Positions 18,355 through 28,712 are shown, counted from the first letter of the stretch. The stretch: DNA of 64,000 bases from Gemmatimonadota bacterium (GCA_046757485.1 JBHHYJ010000003.1:14866-78865), one strand, 5' to 3'. Notes: generated from the letters alone by a model not told the origin. Translations and numbers: made by a program.

Positions 18355-20384
18355 ACGGGCACCGTCTCCCGCTCCTCGGACCGGGGGGGCGGGGCCGCGG
18401 ACTCCGAGAGCGTCCGCTCCGGCGCCCGGCGCCGGACACCCGTCGGCCGGATCGCCAGGATGCCGCCCAGGGCCACGATCACGCCTCCGATCCACAACCA
18501 CGGTACGGCGGGGTTCACGATCGCCCGCACCGTGGCGTGGGCTCCCTGCTCGGGGTCGAACGCCATCAACGTGAGGTAGAGGTCCTCGCGGAGCGAGGAG
18601 CGGACCGCCGGGGTGGAGATCGGCTGCTCGGAGGTCGGGTAGAAGTTCAGACGCGGCTCCAGCTCCCCGATCGGACGGCCGTTCTTGCGGATGGCGAAGG
18701 TGCTTCCGACCACGAAGCGTTGGGGCTCCTGCCGGGCCCACACCTCCTCGAAGCGGACTCCGTACTCGCCGATCGCCAGCTCCTCCCCCTGGCGCAGCGT
18801 CTGCTCTCGCTCGGTCTTCCAGCTCCCGGAGATCGCGAGGGCGACGATGATCACCACCACGCCCAGGTGGACGGTGTAGCCCCCGTACCTCCGCCCGTTC
18901 CTCGACAGGAGCTCCAGGAACGCGCTCCCTGTCGAGCCCCCCGAGATCCGGCGGCGGGCCGAGATCCCCCGGCGGAACTCCTCCACGATCGTCGTGAGGA
19001 CGAAGCCGGCGAACGCGAACGTCACGATCGGGTAGGGGCGCCGGACCCCGATCAGGAGAGCGGCGGCCGCGAAGATCAAGCCCACGCCGGTGGGCCACAG
19101 AAAGCTGCGCTTCAACCGGTCGAGGCCGGCCCTCCGCCAGGGCAGCGCGGGACCCACGCCCATGAGGAAGAGGATCGCCAGGCCGATCGGCACGGCGACC
19201 ATATCGAAGTAGGGCGGACCGACGCTGATCCGCCGCCCTCCCGTGGCCTCCACCACCAGGGGCCACATCGTTCCCAGGAGGACGGTGAACGTGAACGCGA
19301 CGAAGAGGAGGTTGTTCACGATGAACGCGCTCTCACGGGAAGCCACTCCGTCCAGGGTGCCGGGCGCGTACAGGCGGTTGCTTCGCCAACCGATGAGGGC
19401 CAGGGAGGCGAGGGCCACCAGGGTGATGAAGCCGAGGAAGAGGGGCCCGATGAGGCCTTCCGTAAACGCGTGCACGGAGTCCAGGATCCCCGACCGGGTG
19501 AGAAACGTGCCGAGCAGCGTGAGGAGGAACGTCCCGATCACCAGGCTCAGATTCCAGGTCTTCAGCATCTCCCGCCGCTCCTGGACCATGGCCGAGTGCA
19601 GGAACGCGGTCGCCGTGAGCCACGGGAGGAAAGAGGCGTTCTCGACCGGGTCCCATGCCCACACGCCGCCCCAGCCGAGCACCTCGTACGACCACCAGCC
19701 GCCCGCCACGATCCCCACGGAGAGGAACGCCCACGCCGCGACGGTCCACCGGCGGGCGGCCCGCAGCCATCCCTGGCCGAGATCGCCGGACACGAGTGCG
19801 GCGATGGCGAACGCGAACGGGACGGAAAGTCCCACGTACCCCAGGTACAGCATCGGGGGATGGAGCCCCATGAGGGGATGGTTCTGGAGAAGCGGGTTCG
19901 GCCCGGGCCCGTCCGGCGGGACGGGGAAAACGCGGCCGAACGGGCTCGCCGGACCGAGGAGGAGCCCGTAGAAGAAGAGCCCCACGACGCCGAGCGTGGC
20001 GTGCACGTACGGCATGTACCGCGCGTACGCGGGCCGATTACGGTTCACGAACGCGACCAGCGCCGCGTATGCCGAGAGGATCCATCCCCAGAAGAGGATC
20101 GAGCCGTCCAGGCTGCTCCACAGGGAGATCGCGGTGTAGAAGGGCGGCGTCTGCCGACTCCCCACGCTCGCCACGTACTCCACGCTGAAGTCGTGGGTGA
20201 GGAGGGCGATCTCCATGACGACCATGGCGACCGTCATGGAGAAGAAGGTGGTGTAGATGCCGAAGCGGGCCGCCTGGACGAGCGCCGGTCGGCCGCCGCG
20301 CCCGCCCACCGCACCGGTGAGGAACGCCGCCCCGGCGCCCAGGAAGGCGGCCGCCACCGCGGCGGTCCCCAGGAGGCTCAGCAC
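18351..20384 (-). CDS. ccmF: cytochrome c heme lyase subunit CcmF
   Basis: 677-aa polytopic protein with the WWD motif WGGVWAWDPVENASFLPWL. Confidence 0.95.
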   Translation of the reverse strand: MLSLLGTAAVAAAFLGAGAAFLTGAVGGRGGRPALVQAARFGIYTTFFSMTVAMVVMEIALLTHDFSVEYVASVGSRQTPPFYTAISLWSSLDGSILFWGWILSAYAALVAFVNRNRPAYARYMPYVHATLGVVGLFFYGLLLGPASPFGRVFPVPPDGPGPNPLLQNHPLMGLHPPMLYLGYVGLSVPFAFAIAALVSGDLGQGWLRAARRWTVAAWAFLSVGIVAGGWWSYEVLGWGGVWAWDPVENASFLPWLTATAFLHSAMVQERREMLKTWNLSLVIGTFLLTLLGTFLTRSGILDSVHAFTEGLIGPLFLGFITLVALASLALIGWRSNRLYAPGTLDGVASRESAFIVNNLLFVAFTFTVLLGTMWPLVVEATGGRRISVGPPYFDMVAVPIGLAILFLMGVGPALPWRRAGLDRLKRSFLWPTGVGLIFAAAALLIGVRRPYPIVTFAFAGFVLTTIVEEFRRGISARRRISGGSTGSAFLELLSRNGRRYGGYTVHLGVVVIIVALAISGSWKTEREQTLRQGEELAIGEYGVRFEEVWARQEPQRFVVGSTFAIRKNGRPIGELEPRLNFYPTSEQPISTPAVRSSLREDLYLTLMAFDPEQGAHATVRAIVNPAVPWLWIGGVIVALGGILAIRPTGVRRRAPERTLSESAAPPPRSEERETVPV

Positions 20385-20424
20385 GCCGCGCCGTCCCGCG
20401 TCGCCGCTGGGGGGACGCCGCTGA

Positions 20425-20946
20425 TCACCCGCCCTCCTTCTCCTGGATGAGGGACTCGAAGACGTGGGCCGGCTTCTCTCCCTCGGGCGGCGGCCGATAC
20501 TCGTTCGAGTGCTTCACCATCACGTTGGTGGACTCGAAGACGCCCTCCGAGTTCAGGCGTCCCTCCACCACCACGCCGAGTCCCTCCCGGAACATGGCCG
20601 GCGGGGCGCCGGTGGAGCGCACGCGGACCGAGGCTTCGCCGTCGGTGAGCAAGAACTGCAGGTCCCGCGTCTCCGCATCCCAGCTCACCGACTCGGGCTG
20701 TACCTGCCCTCCCAGCCGGACCGCCTGCCCCGTCAGGCCGGCGTTCTCCGCCAGCAGCTCGGCCGGCGTGAGGAAGTAGACGACGTTCTCCCGCAGGCCC
20801 CCGAGGACCAGAAGCAAGATCGCGCCGACGACCGCCGTCAGGCCGACGGCGGCCCACAGCCGGCGCTTGCCGCGGCGCGCCCCCGCGGCGCGCGCCCGGC
20901 CGAGGTTCGCCGGACCTCCTCCACTCGCTCCGGCCGCCCCGGTCAC
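20425..20946 (-). CDS. ccmE: heme chaperone CcmE
   Basis: TM anchor plus OB-fold region, with the heme-binding His in VMVKHSNEYRPP. Start placed at GTG 20946, overlapping the ccmD stop (GTGA), rather than at 21057. Confidence 0.85.
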   Translation of the reverse strand: MTGAAGASGGGPANLGRARAAGARRGKRRLWAAVGLTAVVGAILLLVLGGLRENVVYFLTPAELLAENAGLTGQAVRLGGQVQPESVSWDAETRDLQFLLTDGEASVRVRSTGAPPAMFREGLGVVVEGRLNSEGVFESTNVMVKHSNEYRPPPEGEKPAHVFESLIQEKEGG

Positions 20947-21113
20947 GCCCCCGATCCTTCCTCTCGCGATTCGGCGGCGGGCCCGGCACCCGGCCCCCGG
21001 GTCGAACCGGCGGCCAGCGCACGCCCGGCACGCCGGGAGCGACGCTCGAGTCGCCACGCGTACCAGGCCAGGACGCCCCAGGTCAGACCGTAGCCTGCCA
21101 CCAGATAGCTCAT
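20943..21113 (-). CDS. ccmD: heme exporter protein CcmD (small, not in the ORF track)
   Basis: Hand translation gives the 56-aa MSYLVAGYGLTWGVLAWYAWRLERRSRRAGRALAAGS...: one TM followed by an Arg-rich tail. It sits exactly between ccmC and ccmE, as in ccm operons. Confidence 0.65.
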   Translation of the reverse strand: MSYLVAGYGLTWGVLAWYAWRLERRSRRAGRALAAGSTRGPGAGPAAESREEGSGA

Positions 21114-21126
21114 CTCGCCCCCGATC

Positions 21127-21807
21127 TCACGCGCTCGCCTCCGCCTCCTCGAGCCGCTGCTCCGCGGCCGCGAGCCGGTACCGGCGCACCATCAGGTATG
21201 CGTATACTAGCGTGAAGGCGAGGAGATTCACCAGCAGTGCGCCCACGATCGACGGAGCCACGGAGCGAGGCGTGGACGGAGGCTGATGCAGCGTCCGCCA
21301 CCAGTACACGGAGAGGTAGACGATCGGCACGTCCACGAACCCCACGATCCCCACGATCGCGGCCCAGCGGGCCCGCCGCTCGGGATCCTCCGCGAAGGAG
21401 CGCACGGTCAGGTACCCGACGTAGATGATGAGCAGGATCGCCGTCGTGGTCAGGCGGGGATCCCACGTCCACCAGACCCCCCAGGTCGGCTTCCCCCACA
21501 GGGAGCCGAGCGCCAGGGTGAGCGCCGTGAAGACGACGCCGATCTCCGCCGAGCTGGCCGCCACCAGGTCCCAGCGGCTCTTCCGCTGCACCAGATAGAG
21601 GACGCTCATGACGAAGACGACGAAGAAGGCCAGCATGGAGAGCCAGGCCGCCGGGACGTGAACGTACATGAGGCGCTGGACCTGGCCCTGTAAGGCGTCC
21701 GCCGGTACGACAAAAAGTCCCACCAGGCTGCCCACCACCAGCGAGATCAGGGCCGCCGCACCGAGCCCGGGGAGTCCCCGGAGCTCCCGAACGATTCCTT
21801 CGCTCAC
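21127..21807 (-). CDS. ccmC: heme exporter protein CcmC
   Basis: WWD motif WGKPTWGVWWTWDPRLTT; 226-aa polytopic protein. Confidence 0.95.
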   Translation of the reverse strand: MSEGIVRELRGLPGLGAAALISLVVGSLVGLFVVPADALQGQVQRLMYVHVPAAWLSMLAFFVVFVMSVLYLVQRKSRWDLVAASSAEIGVVFTALTLALGSLWGKPTWGVWWTWDPRLTTTAILLIIYVGYLTVRSFAEDPERRARWAAIVGIVGFVDVPIVYLSVYWWRTLHQPPSTPRSVAPSIVGALLVNLLAFTLVYAYLMVRRYRLAAAEQRLEEAEASA

Positions 21808-21808
21808 C

Positions 21809-22486
21809 CTATTCCTCCAGGACCAGCGGGAAGACCCACGTACACACGACGAAGAAGATGATGTCGAAGGCCACCAGCAACCGGAGCCAACCTCCCAGCC
21901 GACCCAGCGGATCCCCGCCGAGGACGAGCGCCGTCGCGTTCACGGCCCCGAGCAGCGCCGGGACGAGCAGTGGAAAGAGGAGCAGCGGGAGCATCACCTC
22001 TCTCGCCCGCAGGTGTACGGTGAGTCCTGCATAGAACGTTCCAACGATCGAGAAGCCGAGGGTGCCCAGCAGAGCGATGAGGATCAACGGCCCGGCGTGG
22101 GGCCACAGCTCCATCTGGAAGAGGATCGCCGCCGCGGGAAAGAGAATCGCCTCGACGACGAGGAGGATCGTCAGGTTCCCCAGCAGCTTCCCCACGTAGA
22201 TGGCCCGCAGGTCCCCCGGGTAGAGACGCAGGTTTCGGAGCCCACCGCTCAGCTCCTCCGCCTGGAACGTCCGCCCGAGGGAGAGGGTGCCGGTGAAGAC
22301 GATCCCCACCCACAGGAGCCCTCCGGCCAGCCGCCGGAGAAGCTCGGGGTCCGGGCCGATCGCGAAGCTGAAGATGATGAGGAGGAGGGCCGCGAAGAAC
22401 GCCATCGCGTTGATGCCCTGCTTCGTCCGAGCCTCCGTGAGCAGGTCCTTCCACAGGATTCCCCACGTGCGCAGGAGGAACTCCAT
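21809..22486 (-). CDS. ccmB: heme exporter permease CcmB
   Basis: 225-aa six-TM protein (MEFLLRTWGILWKDLLTEARTK...) positioned between ccmA and ccmC. Confidence 0.9.
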   Translation of the reverse strand: MEFLLRTWGILWKDLLTEARTKQGINAMAFFAALLLIIFSFAIGPDPELLRRLAGGLLWVGIVFTGTLSLGRTFQAEELSGGLRNLRLYPGDLRAIYVGKLLGNLTILLVVEAILFPAAAILFQMELWPHAGPLILIALLGTLGFSIVGTFYAGLTVHLRAREVMLPLLLFPLLVPALLGAVNATALVLGGDPLGRLGGWLRLLVAFDIIFFVVCTWVFPLVLEE

Positions 22487-23229
22487 CAGAGCCCCTCGGC
22501 CGGCCGCAGTCGAGCCGCATCCAGGACCTCGGCCGGGGGACCCTCCGCGGAGATCCGACCGCCCGAGAGGACCACGAGCCGATCCGCACCCAGCACTGCC
22601 TCTCCCCTTTGGTGGGAGGCCAGGACCACCGTCGCTCCGTCGGTCCGTGCCTGGGAGATCACCTGGTCCACCAGCCGGATCCCTTTCGCGTCCAGGCTCG
22701 CGTACGGCTCGTCCATGAGCAGGAGGTCGAGGCGTCGGAGGAGCAGGCGTGCCAGCTCCAGCCGCTTTCGCATGCCGGCGGAGTAGCCCCGCACCCGGAC
22801 GTCGGCCGCGTCCGCCAGGCCCACCCGTTCCAGGGCCTGGAGAATACGGCTGCCGTCCGGTCGCTGGCCGCCCATCAGGATCGCGAAACGGAGGTTCTCG
22901 GCCCCCGTCAGCTCGTCGTACAGATACCCCGTCGCGGTGAGCAGCCCCACCCGGCTGCGGATCGCATCCCCTTCCGGGCCGACCGGGTGGCCGAAGACCT
23001 CCACCTCTCCGCGCGACGGCTTGACCAGGGTCGCCAGGATGCGGAGCAGGGTGGTTTTTCCCGCCCCGTTCGGGCCAACGAGGGTGACGGAGGTCCCTCG
23101 CTCGACGATGAGGTCGACGTCACGCAGGGCCCACCGCCACCCGAACCGCTTGCAGAGTCTCCGGGTGAGGACCGCGGGGCTGGGAGGCACGAAGCCGGAG
23201 CCGGGAGTGCCGGAAGGGGGTGCGGGCAT
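22486..23229 (-). CDS. ccmA: heme ABC exporter ATP-binding protein CcmA
   Basis: Walker A GPNGAGKTT, signature YSAGMRKRL, Walker B LLLMDEPYASLD. Start is ATG 23229 or 23265; the stop overlaps the ccmB start. Confidence 0.9.
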   Translation of the reverse strand: MPAPPSGTPGSGFVPPSPAVLTRRLCKRFGWRWALRDVDLIVERGTSVTLVGPNGAGKTTLLRILATLVKPSRGEVEVFGHPVGPEGDAIRSRVGLLTATGYLYDELTGAENLRFAILMGGQRPDGSRILQALERVGLADAADVRVRGYSAGMRKRLELARLLLRRLDLLLMDEPYASLDAKGIRLVDQVISQARTDGATVVLASHQRGEAVLGADRLVVLSGGRISAEGPPAEVLDAARLRPAEGL

Positions 23230-23378
23230 GGCCCACGAGATGCGCTGCCGAGCCCCGGCACGCAAGCCGTCGCTGGCTGCCGGGCAAGGTCACGGGTAGC
23301 TTGGGCGTCGCCCGGGACGGCCTCCGGAGCACACGGCCGCTCGAGCCGACCGCAACGGCAGCGGAGTTCTGCGAGACC

Positions 23379-24587
23379 ATGGATCTGGACGACATCGCCC
23401 GCCTCGCCCGTCCCTCGGACGCGAAAGTCCTCCTTTTCGTGCTCGACGGCCTGGGAGGCCTTCCCCGGGAACCGGGGGGGGGCCGGACGGAGCTGGAAGC
23501 CGCCCGTACCCCGAACATGGACCGGCTCGCCCGCGAGGGCGACTGTGGCCTCCACGAGCCGGTCGGCCCGGGGATCACCCCGGGGAGCGGTCCCGGCCAC
23601 CTCGCGCTTTTCGGATACGATCCGCTGTGCTACCGCATCGGGCGGGGCGTTCTCGAGGCGCTGGGGGTCGGGGTGGATCTCGCACCCGGGGAGGTGGCCG
23701 CCCGGGGGAACTTCTGCACGGTCGACGCCCGGGGACGGGTGGTGGACCGCCGCGCGGGGCGGATCTCCACGGAGGAGTGCGCGCGGCTCAGCCAGCGGCT
23801 ATCCGAGCTCTCCGTGGAGGGAGCCGAGATCTCCGTGCGCCCGGTGAAGGAGCACCGCTTCCTCCTCCTCGTCCGGCCGTCGGCCGTCTCCGGCGCGGAG
23901 GTCGGGGACACGGACCCGGGCCGGCCCGGCGTGCCGCCCGGCGCGGCGGCGGCGCTCGACGAGCGGTCCGAGCCGGCCGCCGCGGCCGTCAGCCGCTGGG
24001 TGGAGCTCGCCCGGGAGAGCCTGGCGGGGGAGGAGCGGGCGAACATGGTTCTCCTGCGGGGGTTCTCCCGGCTGCCCGCCTGGCCCCGCTTCCCGCAGGT
24101 CTTCGGAGTGCGGGCCTTCGCCGGCGCGGCCTACCCGATGTACCGGGGCGTCGCCCGCTTGGTGGGGATGGAGGCCGCGGCATGCGGCGAGTCTCCCGAG
24201 GATCTGGCCGCGGAGCTCGAGGGGCGGATCGCCGACTACGACTTCCTCTTCCTCCACTTCAAGGGGACGGACAAGGCGGGTGAGGACGGCGACTTCGACC
24301 GCAAGGTGGCCCTCATCGAGGCGGCGGACGCCGTCCTCCCCCGCCTGCTGGACACGGGGCCGGAGGTCCTGCTTCTCACCGGCGACCACTCCACCCCGGC
24401 CCGCCTCCGGAGCCACAGCTGGCACCCGGTTCCGTTTCTCCTCTACGGGGGCCCGGGACGCTCGCCGGGGATCGAGGAGTTCGGCGAGCGGAGCTGCGCG
24501 GCGGGGTCCCTCGGCCTCCGCCGGGGATGCGAGCTGCTGCCCCTCGCGATGGCCCGCGCCGGCCGCCTCGCGAAGTTCGGAGCCTAG
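23379..24587 (+). CDS. apgM: cofactor-independent phosphoglycerate mutase, archaeal-type (ApgM family)
   Basis: Start at ATG 23379 (MDLDDIARL..VLLFVLDGLGG..TPNMDRLA). Metalloenzyme-superfamily layout, about 400 aa. Confidence 0.85.
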   Translation: MDLDDIARLARPSDAKVLLFVLDGLGGLPREPGGGRTELEAARTPNMDRLAREGDCGLHEPVGPGITPGSGPGHLALFGYDPLCYRIGRGVLEALGVGVDLAPGEVAARGNFCTVDARGRVVDRRAGRISTEECARLSQRLSELSVEGAEISVRPVKEHRFLLLVRPSAVSGAEVGDTDPGRPGVPPGAAAALDERSEPAAAAVSRWVELARESLAGEERANMVLLRGFSRLPAWPRFPQVFGVRAFAGAAYPMYRGVARLVGMEAAACGESPEDLAAELEGRIADYDFLFLHFKGTDKAGEDGDFDRKVALIEAADAVLPRLLDTGPEVLLLTGDHSTPARLRSHSWHPVPFLLYGGPGRSPGIEEFGERSCAAGSLGLRRGCELLPLAMARAGRLAKFGA

Positions 24588-24613
24588 CTCCGGGAGCCGT
24601 CCGAGTCCCGGAG
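24588..24613. terminator. GC-rich hairpin between convergent genes (possible bidirectional terminator)
   Basis: Perfect 8-bp arms CTCCGGGA/TCCCGGAG with a 10-nt loop, directly after the apgM stop. No U-tract. Confidence 0.35.
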
Positions 24614-24631
24614 CGTGCCGCCGCCAGGATC

Positions 24632-24973
24632 CTAGGAGGCCGGCTTTCGCCCGTACTCCAGCCCCGCGCCGCCGACCGCCACCCCAGTGCCCACGGTGAT
24701 CACGCCGAAGACGAGGTCGTTGAACAGCGCGGCCGCGTGGATCAGGTAGCCGTGGAGGAACGGGGCGAACATGCTGTACGCGCCGATCAGGATGAGGAGC
24801 CACCCCGTGAGGCGTCCCGGCGACAGGAGGAAGGAGAGGGAGAGGGCCACGATCCCCGCGCCGATCAGAAGATCCTGCCAGATGAGGAATCCGGTCGGAT
24901 ACCTCCACACGAACGGGGCGATCGCGTACCAGAGACCCACGGCCAGCCCGACGTACGGTGACTTCATGCCCAC
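24632..24973 (-). CDS. small four-TM membrane protein (SPW-repeat-like)
   Basis: 113 aa, four hydrophobic helices, internal repeat (IAPFVW / FAPFLH). Confidence 0.5.
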   Translation of the reverse strand: MGMKSPYVGLAVGLWYAIAPFVWRYPTGFLIWQDLLIGAGIVALSLSFLLSPGRLTGWLLILIGAYSMFAPFLHGYLIHAAALFNDLVFGVITVGTGVAVGGAGLEYGRKPAS

Positions 24974-25123
24974 CTCTCGAGTCGTGACGGAGCGCGCCCG
25001 GGGGCGCCCGCGAGGGGCGTATGATGCCTGCCGCCAGCCGGCCTGTAAATGCCGCCCGCCTGGCGCGGCCGTAGACCTCCGGCCACGGGAGAGCCAGGGC
25101 GGGCGGTCAACCCCGTGGTCCGC

Positions 25124-27487
25124 CTACAGGCGAGCGCGCCGCAGGCGGTTCGCGTTCCCCACCACGGTGACGGAGCTGAACGCCATCGCCGCCTCCGCGA
25201 TCACCGGGTGCAGGAGGCCGAAGAAGGCGACCGGGATCGCGACCGTGTTGTAGAAGAAGGCCCAGAAGAGGTTCTGGCGGATCTTCCGGAAGGTGGCCGC
25301 CGAGAGCCGGATCGCCCGCGCGAGGCCGTCGAGATCGCCCCGGACCAGCGTGATGTCCGCCGACTCGATCGCGATGTCCGTCCCCGTGCCGATGGCGATC
25401 CCCACGTCCGCCTGCTTCAGGGAGGGCGCGTCGTTGATCCCGTCCCCCACCATCGCGACGACCTCGCCGGCCGTCTGGAGCGCCCGGATCGCCTCCACCT
25501 TCTGATCCGGGAGGAGAGAGGCCCGCCATGCCTGGATGCCCACCCGGCCGGCCACCGCGGCGGCCGTGCGCTCGTTGTCGCCGGTGAGGAGGAGCGTGCG
25601 CAGCCCGCGACCCCGCAGCTCGCGGAGGGCCGCCGCCGCCTCCTCCTTGAGCGGGTCCTCGACCCCCAGAAGACCCACCGCCCGCCCGGCCGTCGCGACG
25701 TACATGACGGTGCGCCCCTCCTCCTCCAGATCCGCCGCGGTCGGGGCGAGGGCGGAGAGATCGATCCCCCTCTCCTCCATGAGCCGCTCGCTCCCCACCT
25801 CGACCCGCTGGCCCCGCACGGTCCCGCGCACCCCCCGTCCGACGACGGCCTCCACCGACTCCGCCTCGGGGAGGGCCAGGGACCGTCCTTCGGCCGCCGC
25901 CACGACGGCCCGGGCCACCGGGTGCTCGGAGTCCCGCTCGACGGCGGCCGCCAGACGGAGCACCTCCTCCTCCCTCTCCTCCTCCGCCGGGAGGATCCGG
26001 GTGACGGAGGGCTCGCCGCGCGTCAGGGTGCCCGTCTTGTCGAACGCCACCACGGTGGCGGCGTTCAGGGTCTGGATCGCGGCTCCGTCCCGGATGAGGA
26101 TCCCCCGCTCGGCTCCCAGGCCCGTGCCGACCATCAGCGCGGTCGGCGTGGCCAGCCCCAGGGCACAGGGGCAGGCGATCACCAGGACGGCCACCGCGGC
26201 GAAGATCGCCAGGGAGAGCGTGCCGAGCTCCGGGTTGACCCACGGGACGAAGCCGGCGGCCCAGCGCGCCACGCCCCGGAAGAGCTCCGGCGCGAGCAGC
26301 CAGCCCAGCAGCGCCGCGAGCGCGGTCGCCAGGATCGCGGGGACGAAGACGGCCGTCACCCGGTCGGCGAACTCCTGGATCGGCACCTTGCTCGCCTGGG
26401 CCTCCTCCACGAGGCGGATGACCGATGCGAGAAACGTCTGCTCGCCCACGCCCGTCGCCTCCACCCGGAGGACGCCCTCCCGGTTCACCGTCGCCCCGAT
26501 GACCCGGTCCCCCGGGCCCTTCTCGACCGGCATCGACTCTCCCGTCACCAGGGTCTCGTCCACGGCGCTCCGCCCGCGGAGGACGACCCCGTCGGTGGGG
26601 ATCTTCTCGCCGGGCCGCACGACCATCACGTCGCCCACCCGGACCTCCGAGACCGGGACCTCTAGCTCGTGGCCGTCCCGCACGACCCGGGCGCGCCGCG
26701 GCTCCAGGGAGAGAAGCTTCTGGATCGCCGAAGAGGCCCGCCCCCGCGCCTTCGTCTCCACGTAGCGGCCCGTGAGGTGGATCGCCATGATCATCGCCCC
26801 GACCCCGGCGTAGTTCATCAGCGGCGGGCCGAGGCCCAGGTCGTGGAGGATCGCCACCCCGCCCGTGAGGGCGGAGACCCCGCTCCCCAGCGCGATGAGC
26901 ACGTCCATGTTCGGGCTCAGGCCCCGCGCGGAGCGAACGGCGCTCCGCCACGTCTCACGGCCCGGGCCGGAGAGGACGAACGTGGCCAGCAGCAGCATGC
27001 CCGCGTCGAAGATCCCCCGGGCCGGCCAGGCGATCCCGAGCAGCATCTCCGGGATCATCCACAGGATGACGGGCACCGTGAGGGCCCAGGCCCGGACCAT
27101 GCGCCTCTTCGCCCGGCGCAGCTCCTCGCGCGACCGCTCGCGCCGGACCCGCTCCCTTTCCGCCCGGTCCTCCTCGGGGGAGATCGGGGGCTCCAGCTCG
27201 TAGCCCGCCCCCTCCACGGCCTCCTTCAGCTCCTCGAAGGTGATCCGCCCGGCGGGGTAGGTCACGGTGGCGGACTCCGAGGCGAGGCTCACGCTCGCCT
27301 CCACGCCGTCCAGCCGGTTCAGGGCCCGCTCCACCGCGGTGCTGCAGCCCGCGCAGTGCATCCCTCTCACCCTGAACACCCGGCGGCCCTCGGCCGCCAC
27401 TTCGGGCGGAGCTTCCCGGCTCCGTGTCGCGCTCATCTCTCCTCCAGCCTGATCAGAGGCCTCCACCCGCACCGGCGGTGCGGTCAC
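25124..27487 (-). CDS. copA: copper-translocating P1B-type ATPase
   Basis: N-terminal HMA domain [19 protein letters not shown] in [26 protein letters not shown]. Confidence 0.95.
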   Translation of the reverse strand: MTAPPVRVEASDQAGGEMSATRSREAPPEVAAEGRRVFRVRGMHCAGCSTAVERALNRLDGVEASVSLASESATVTYPAGRITFEELKEAVEGAGYELEPPISPEEDRAERERVRRERSREELRRAKRRMVRAWALTVPVILWMIPEMLLGIAWPARGIFDAGMLLLATFVLSGPGRETWRSAVRSARGLSPNMDVLIALGSGVSALTGGVAILHDLGLGPPLMNYAGVGAMIMAIHLTGRYVETKARGRASSAIQKLLSLEPRRARVVRDGHELEVPVSEVRVGDVMVVRPGEKIPTDGVVLRGRSAVDETLVTGESMPVEKGPGDRVIGATVNREGVLRVEATGVGEQTFLASVIRLVEEAQASKVPIQEFADRVTAVFVPAILATALAALLGWLLAPELFRGVARWAAGFVPWVNPELGTLSLAIFAAVAVLVIACPCALGLATPTALMVGTGLGAERGILIRDGAAIQTLNAATVVAFDKTGTLTRGEPSVTRILPAEEEREEEVLRLAAAVERDSEHPVARAVVAAAEGRSLALPEAESVEAVVGRGVRGTVRGQRVEVGSERLMEERGIDLSALAPTAADLEEEGRTVMYVATAGRAVGLLGVEDPLKEEAAAALRELRGRGLRTLLLTGDNERTAAAVAGRVGIQAWRASLLPDQKVEAIRALQTAGEVVAMVGDGINDAPSLKQADVGIAIGTGTDIAIESADITLVRGDLDGLARAIRLSAATFRKIRQNLFWAFFYNTVAIPVAFFGLLHPVIAEAAMAFSSVTVVGNANRLRRARL

Positions 27488-27553
27488 CTCCGAAGACTCC
27501 GAACCTCATCCCCGCGGGCGATCCACCCCACGGGACCACCCGCGCGGCCGCCC

Positions 27554-27856
27554 TCACTTCAGATAACGGCCGAACAGCTCCAGGATCTCCTCCCGCACCT
27601 GCTCGGCGGCCTCTCCCCCCTGCCGAATGGCCACCGTCGCGCACCGTTCCAGATGGCTCGCCAGGAGCAGCTTCTGCGCGGCGCGCAGGGCGGAAGAGAC
27701 GGCGGCGAACTGCTGAAGCACGTCGGGACAGTAGCGTTCCTCCTCCACCATCCGCTGAATCCCCTCCACCTGCCCGCGGATCCGCGACAGCCGGCGGGTG
27801 AGGTCTCTCTTCGTCCGCTCCTCGAATCCCATCGCGTGAGCGACCCCCGCTTCCAT
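27554..27856 (-). CDS. csoR: CsoR-family metal-sensing transcriptional repressor
   Basis: 100 aa from ATG 27856 (SD GGAAGGAGG upstream). RIRGQVEGIQRMVEEERYCPDVLQQ...SHLERC carries the CsoR Cys/His/Cys ligand pattern. Directly upstream of copA. Confidence 0.9.
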   Translation of the reverse strand: MEAGVAHAMGFEERTKRDLTRRLSRIRGQVEGIQRMVEEERYCPDVLQQFAAVSSALRAAQKLLLASHLERCATVAIRQGGEAAEQVREEILELFGRYLK

Positions 27857-27907
27857 GTCTGCCTCCTTCCGTTCCCGCTCGGAGAGAGGATCGTTCCGGC
27901 GCGAGAA

Positions 27908-27927
27908 TACTATACCATAGTATAGTA
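27908..27927. promoter_or_regulatory. candidate CsoR operator / csoR-copA promoter region
   Basis: Perfect inverted repeat TACTATAC-CATA-GTATAGTA in an AT-rich island, about 50 nt upstream of the csoR start. Contains TATAGT/TAGTAT -10-like hexamers on the csoR strand. Confidence 0.5.
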
Positions 27928-28034
27928 CACGGCGCCCGGCCGCCACCCCGGGGAGGGGTACGACGGTCGCGGGCCGTGACCCAAGCCCGGTGGGCGGGTG
28001 GACGCAGCCACGGCACCCGCCTTAGACTCCCGGC

Positions 28035-28712
28035 ATGTTCGGCAAACTGCGCACGGCTCTGGAGGAGGCGCTCACGAGGCTCGAGCGCCGGAGCGGGTCC
28101 GGCGTCGAGGAGGACGTGAACCGGTTGCTTCGTTCGATGCGGGAGGAGCTCATCGAAGCGAAGGCCCGGGTGCCGGAGATGGAGGCCCATCTCGAGCTGC
28201 TGGAGCGCCGCCGGGTGGCAGAGAAGACCCGGGCGGAGGACTGCGTGCGGCGGGCCGCCCAGGCGGAGGCGATCGACGACGAGGAGACGCGGGAAGTCGC
28301 CGAGCGATTCGCGAAGCAGCACCTGGCTCGCGGCGAGGTCCTGGAGCAGAAGATTCAGGCCGCGAGGGCGGAGCTCACCCTGCATCGCGAAGAGGTGGAC
28401 CGCATGACCGCCCATCTGAAGGACGCCATCGCGCGCCAGGACGCGCTGGCGATCCAGGCGAGACGGGCGCGGACGATCGAGACGACCGGGGGTGCGGGCT
28501 CGGATCTGCTCGAGGAGCTGGAACGCGTGACGGAGAGGATGTCACGGCCCTCGGATCTGGAGGCGGCTGAACGACAGCTGGACCGGGAGCTCGAGGGAGA
28601 ACCGGATCCGGCGGACGATCCGGAGCTGTCTCGGCTCGATCGCGAGGCCAGGGCGGAGGAGCTTCTCCGGGAGCTGAAGCGTCGCATGGGCGTGGAGCGC
28701 GGGAACGGCTGA
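28035..28712 (+). CDS. pspA: PspA/IM30 (phage shock protein A / Vipp1) family protein
   Basis: 225-aa coiled-coil protein. N-terminus MFGKLRTALEEAL..LLRSMREELIEAKARV and overall heptad-rich layout are typical of PspA/IM30. Confidence 0.8.
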   Translation: MFGKLRTALEEALTRLERRSGSGVEEDVNRLLRSMREELIEAKARVPEMEAHLELLERRRVAEKTRAEDCVRRAAQAEAIDDEETREVAERFAKQHLARGEVLEQKIQAARAELTLHREEVDRMTAHLKDAIARQDALAIQARRARTIETTGGAGSDLLEELERVTERMSRPSDLEAAERQLDRELEGEPDPADDPELSRLDREARAEELLRELKRRMGVERGNG

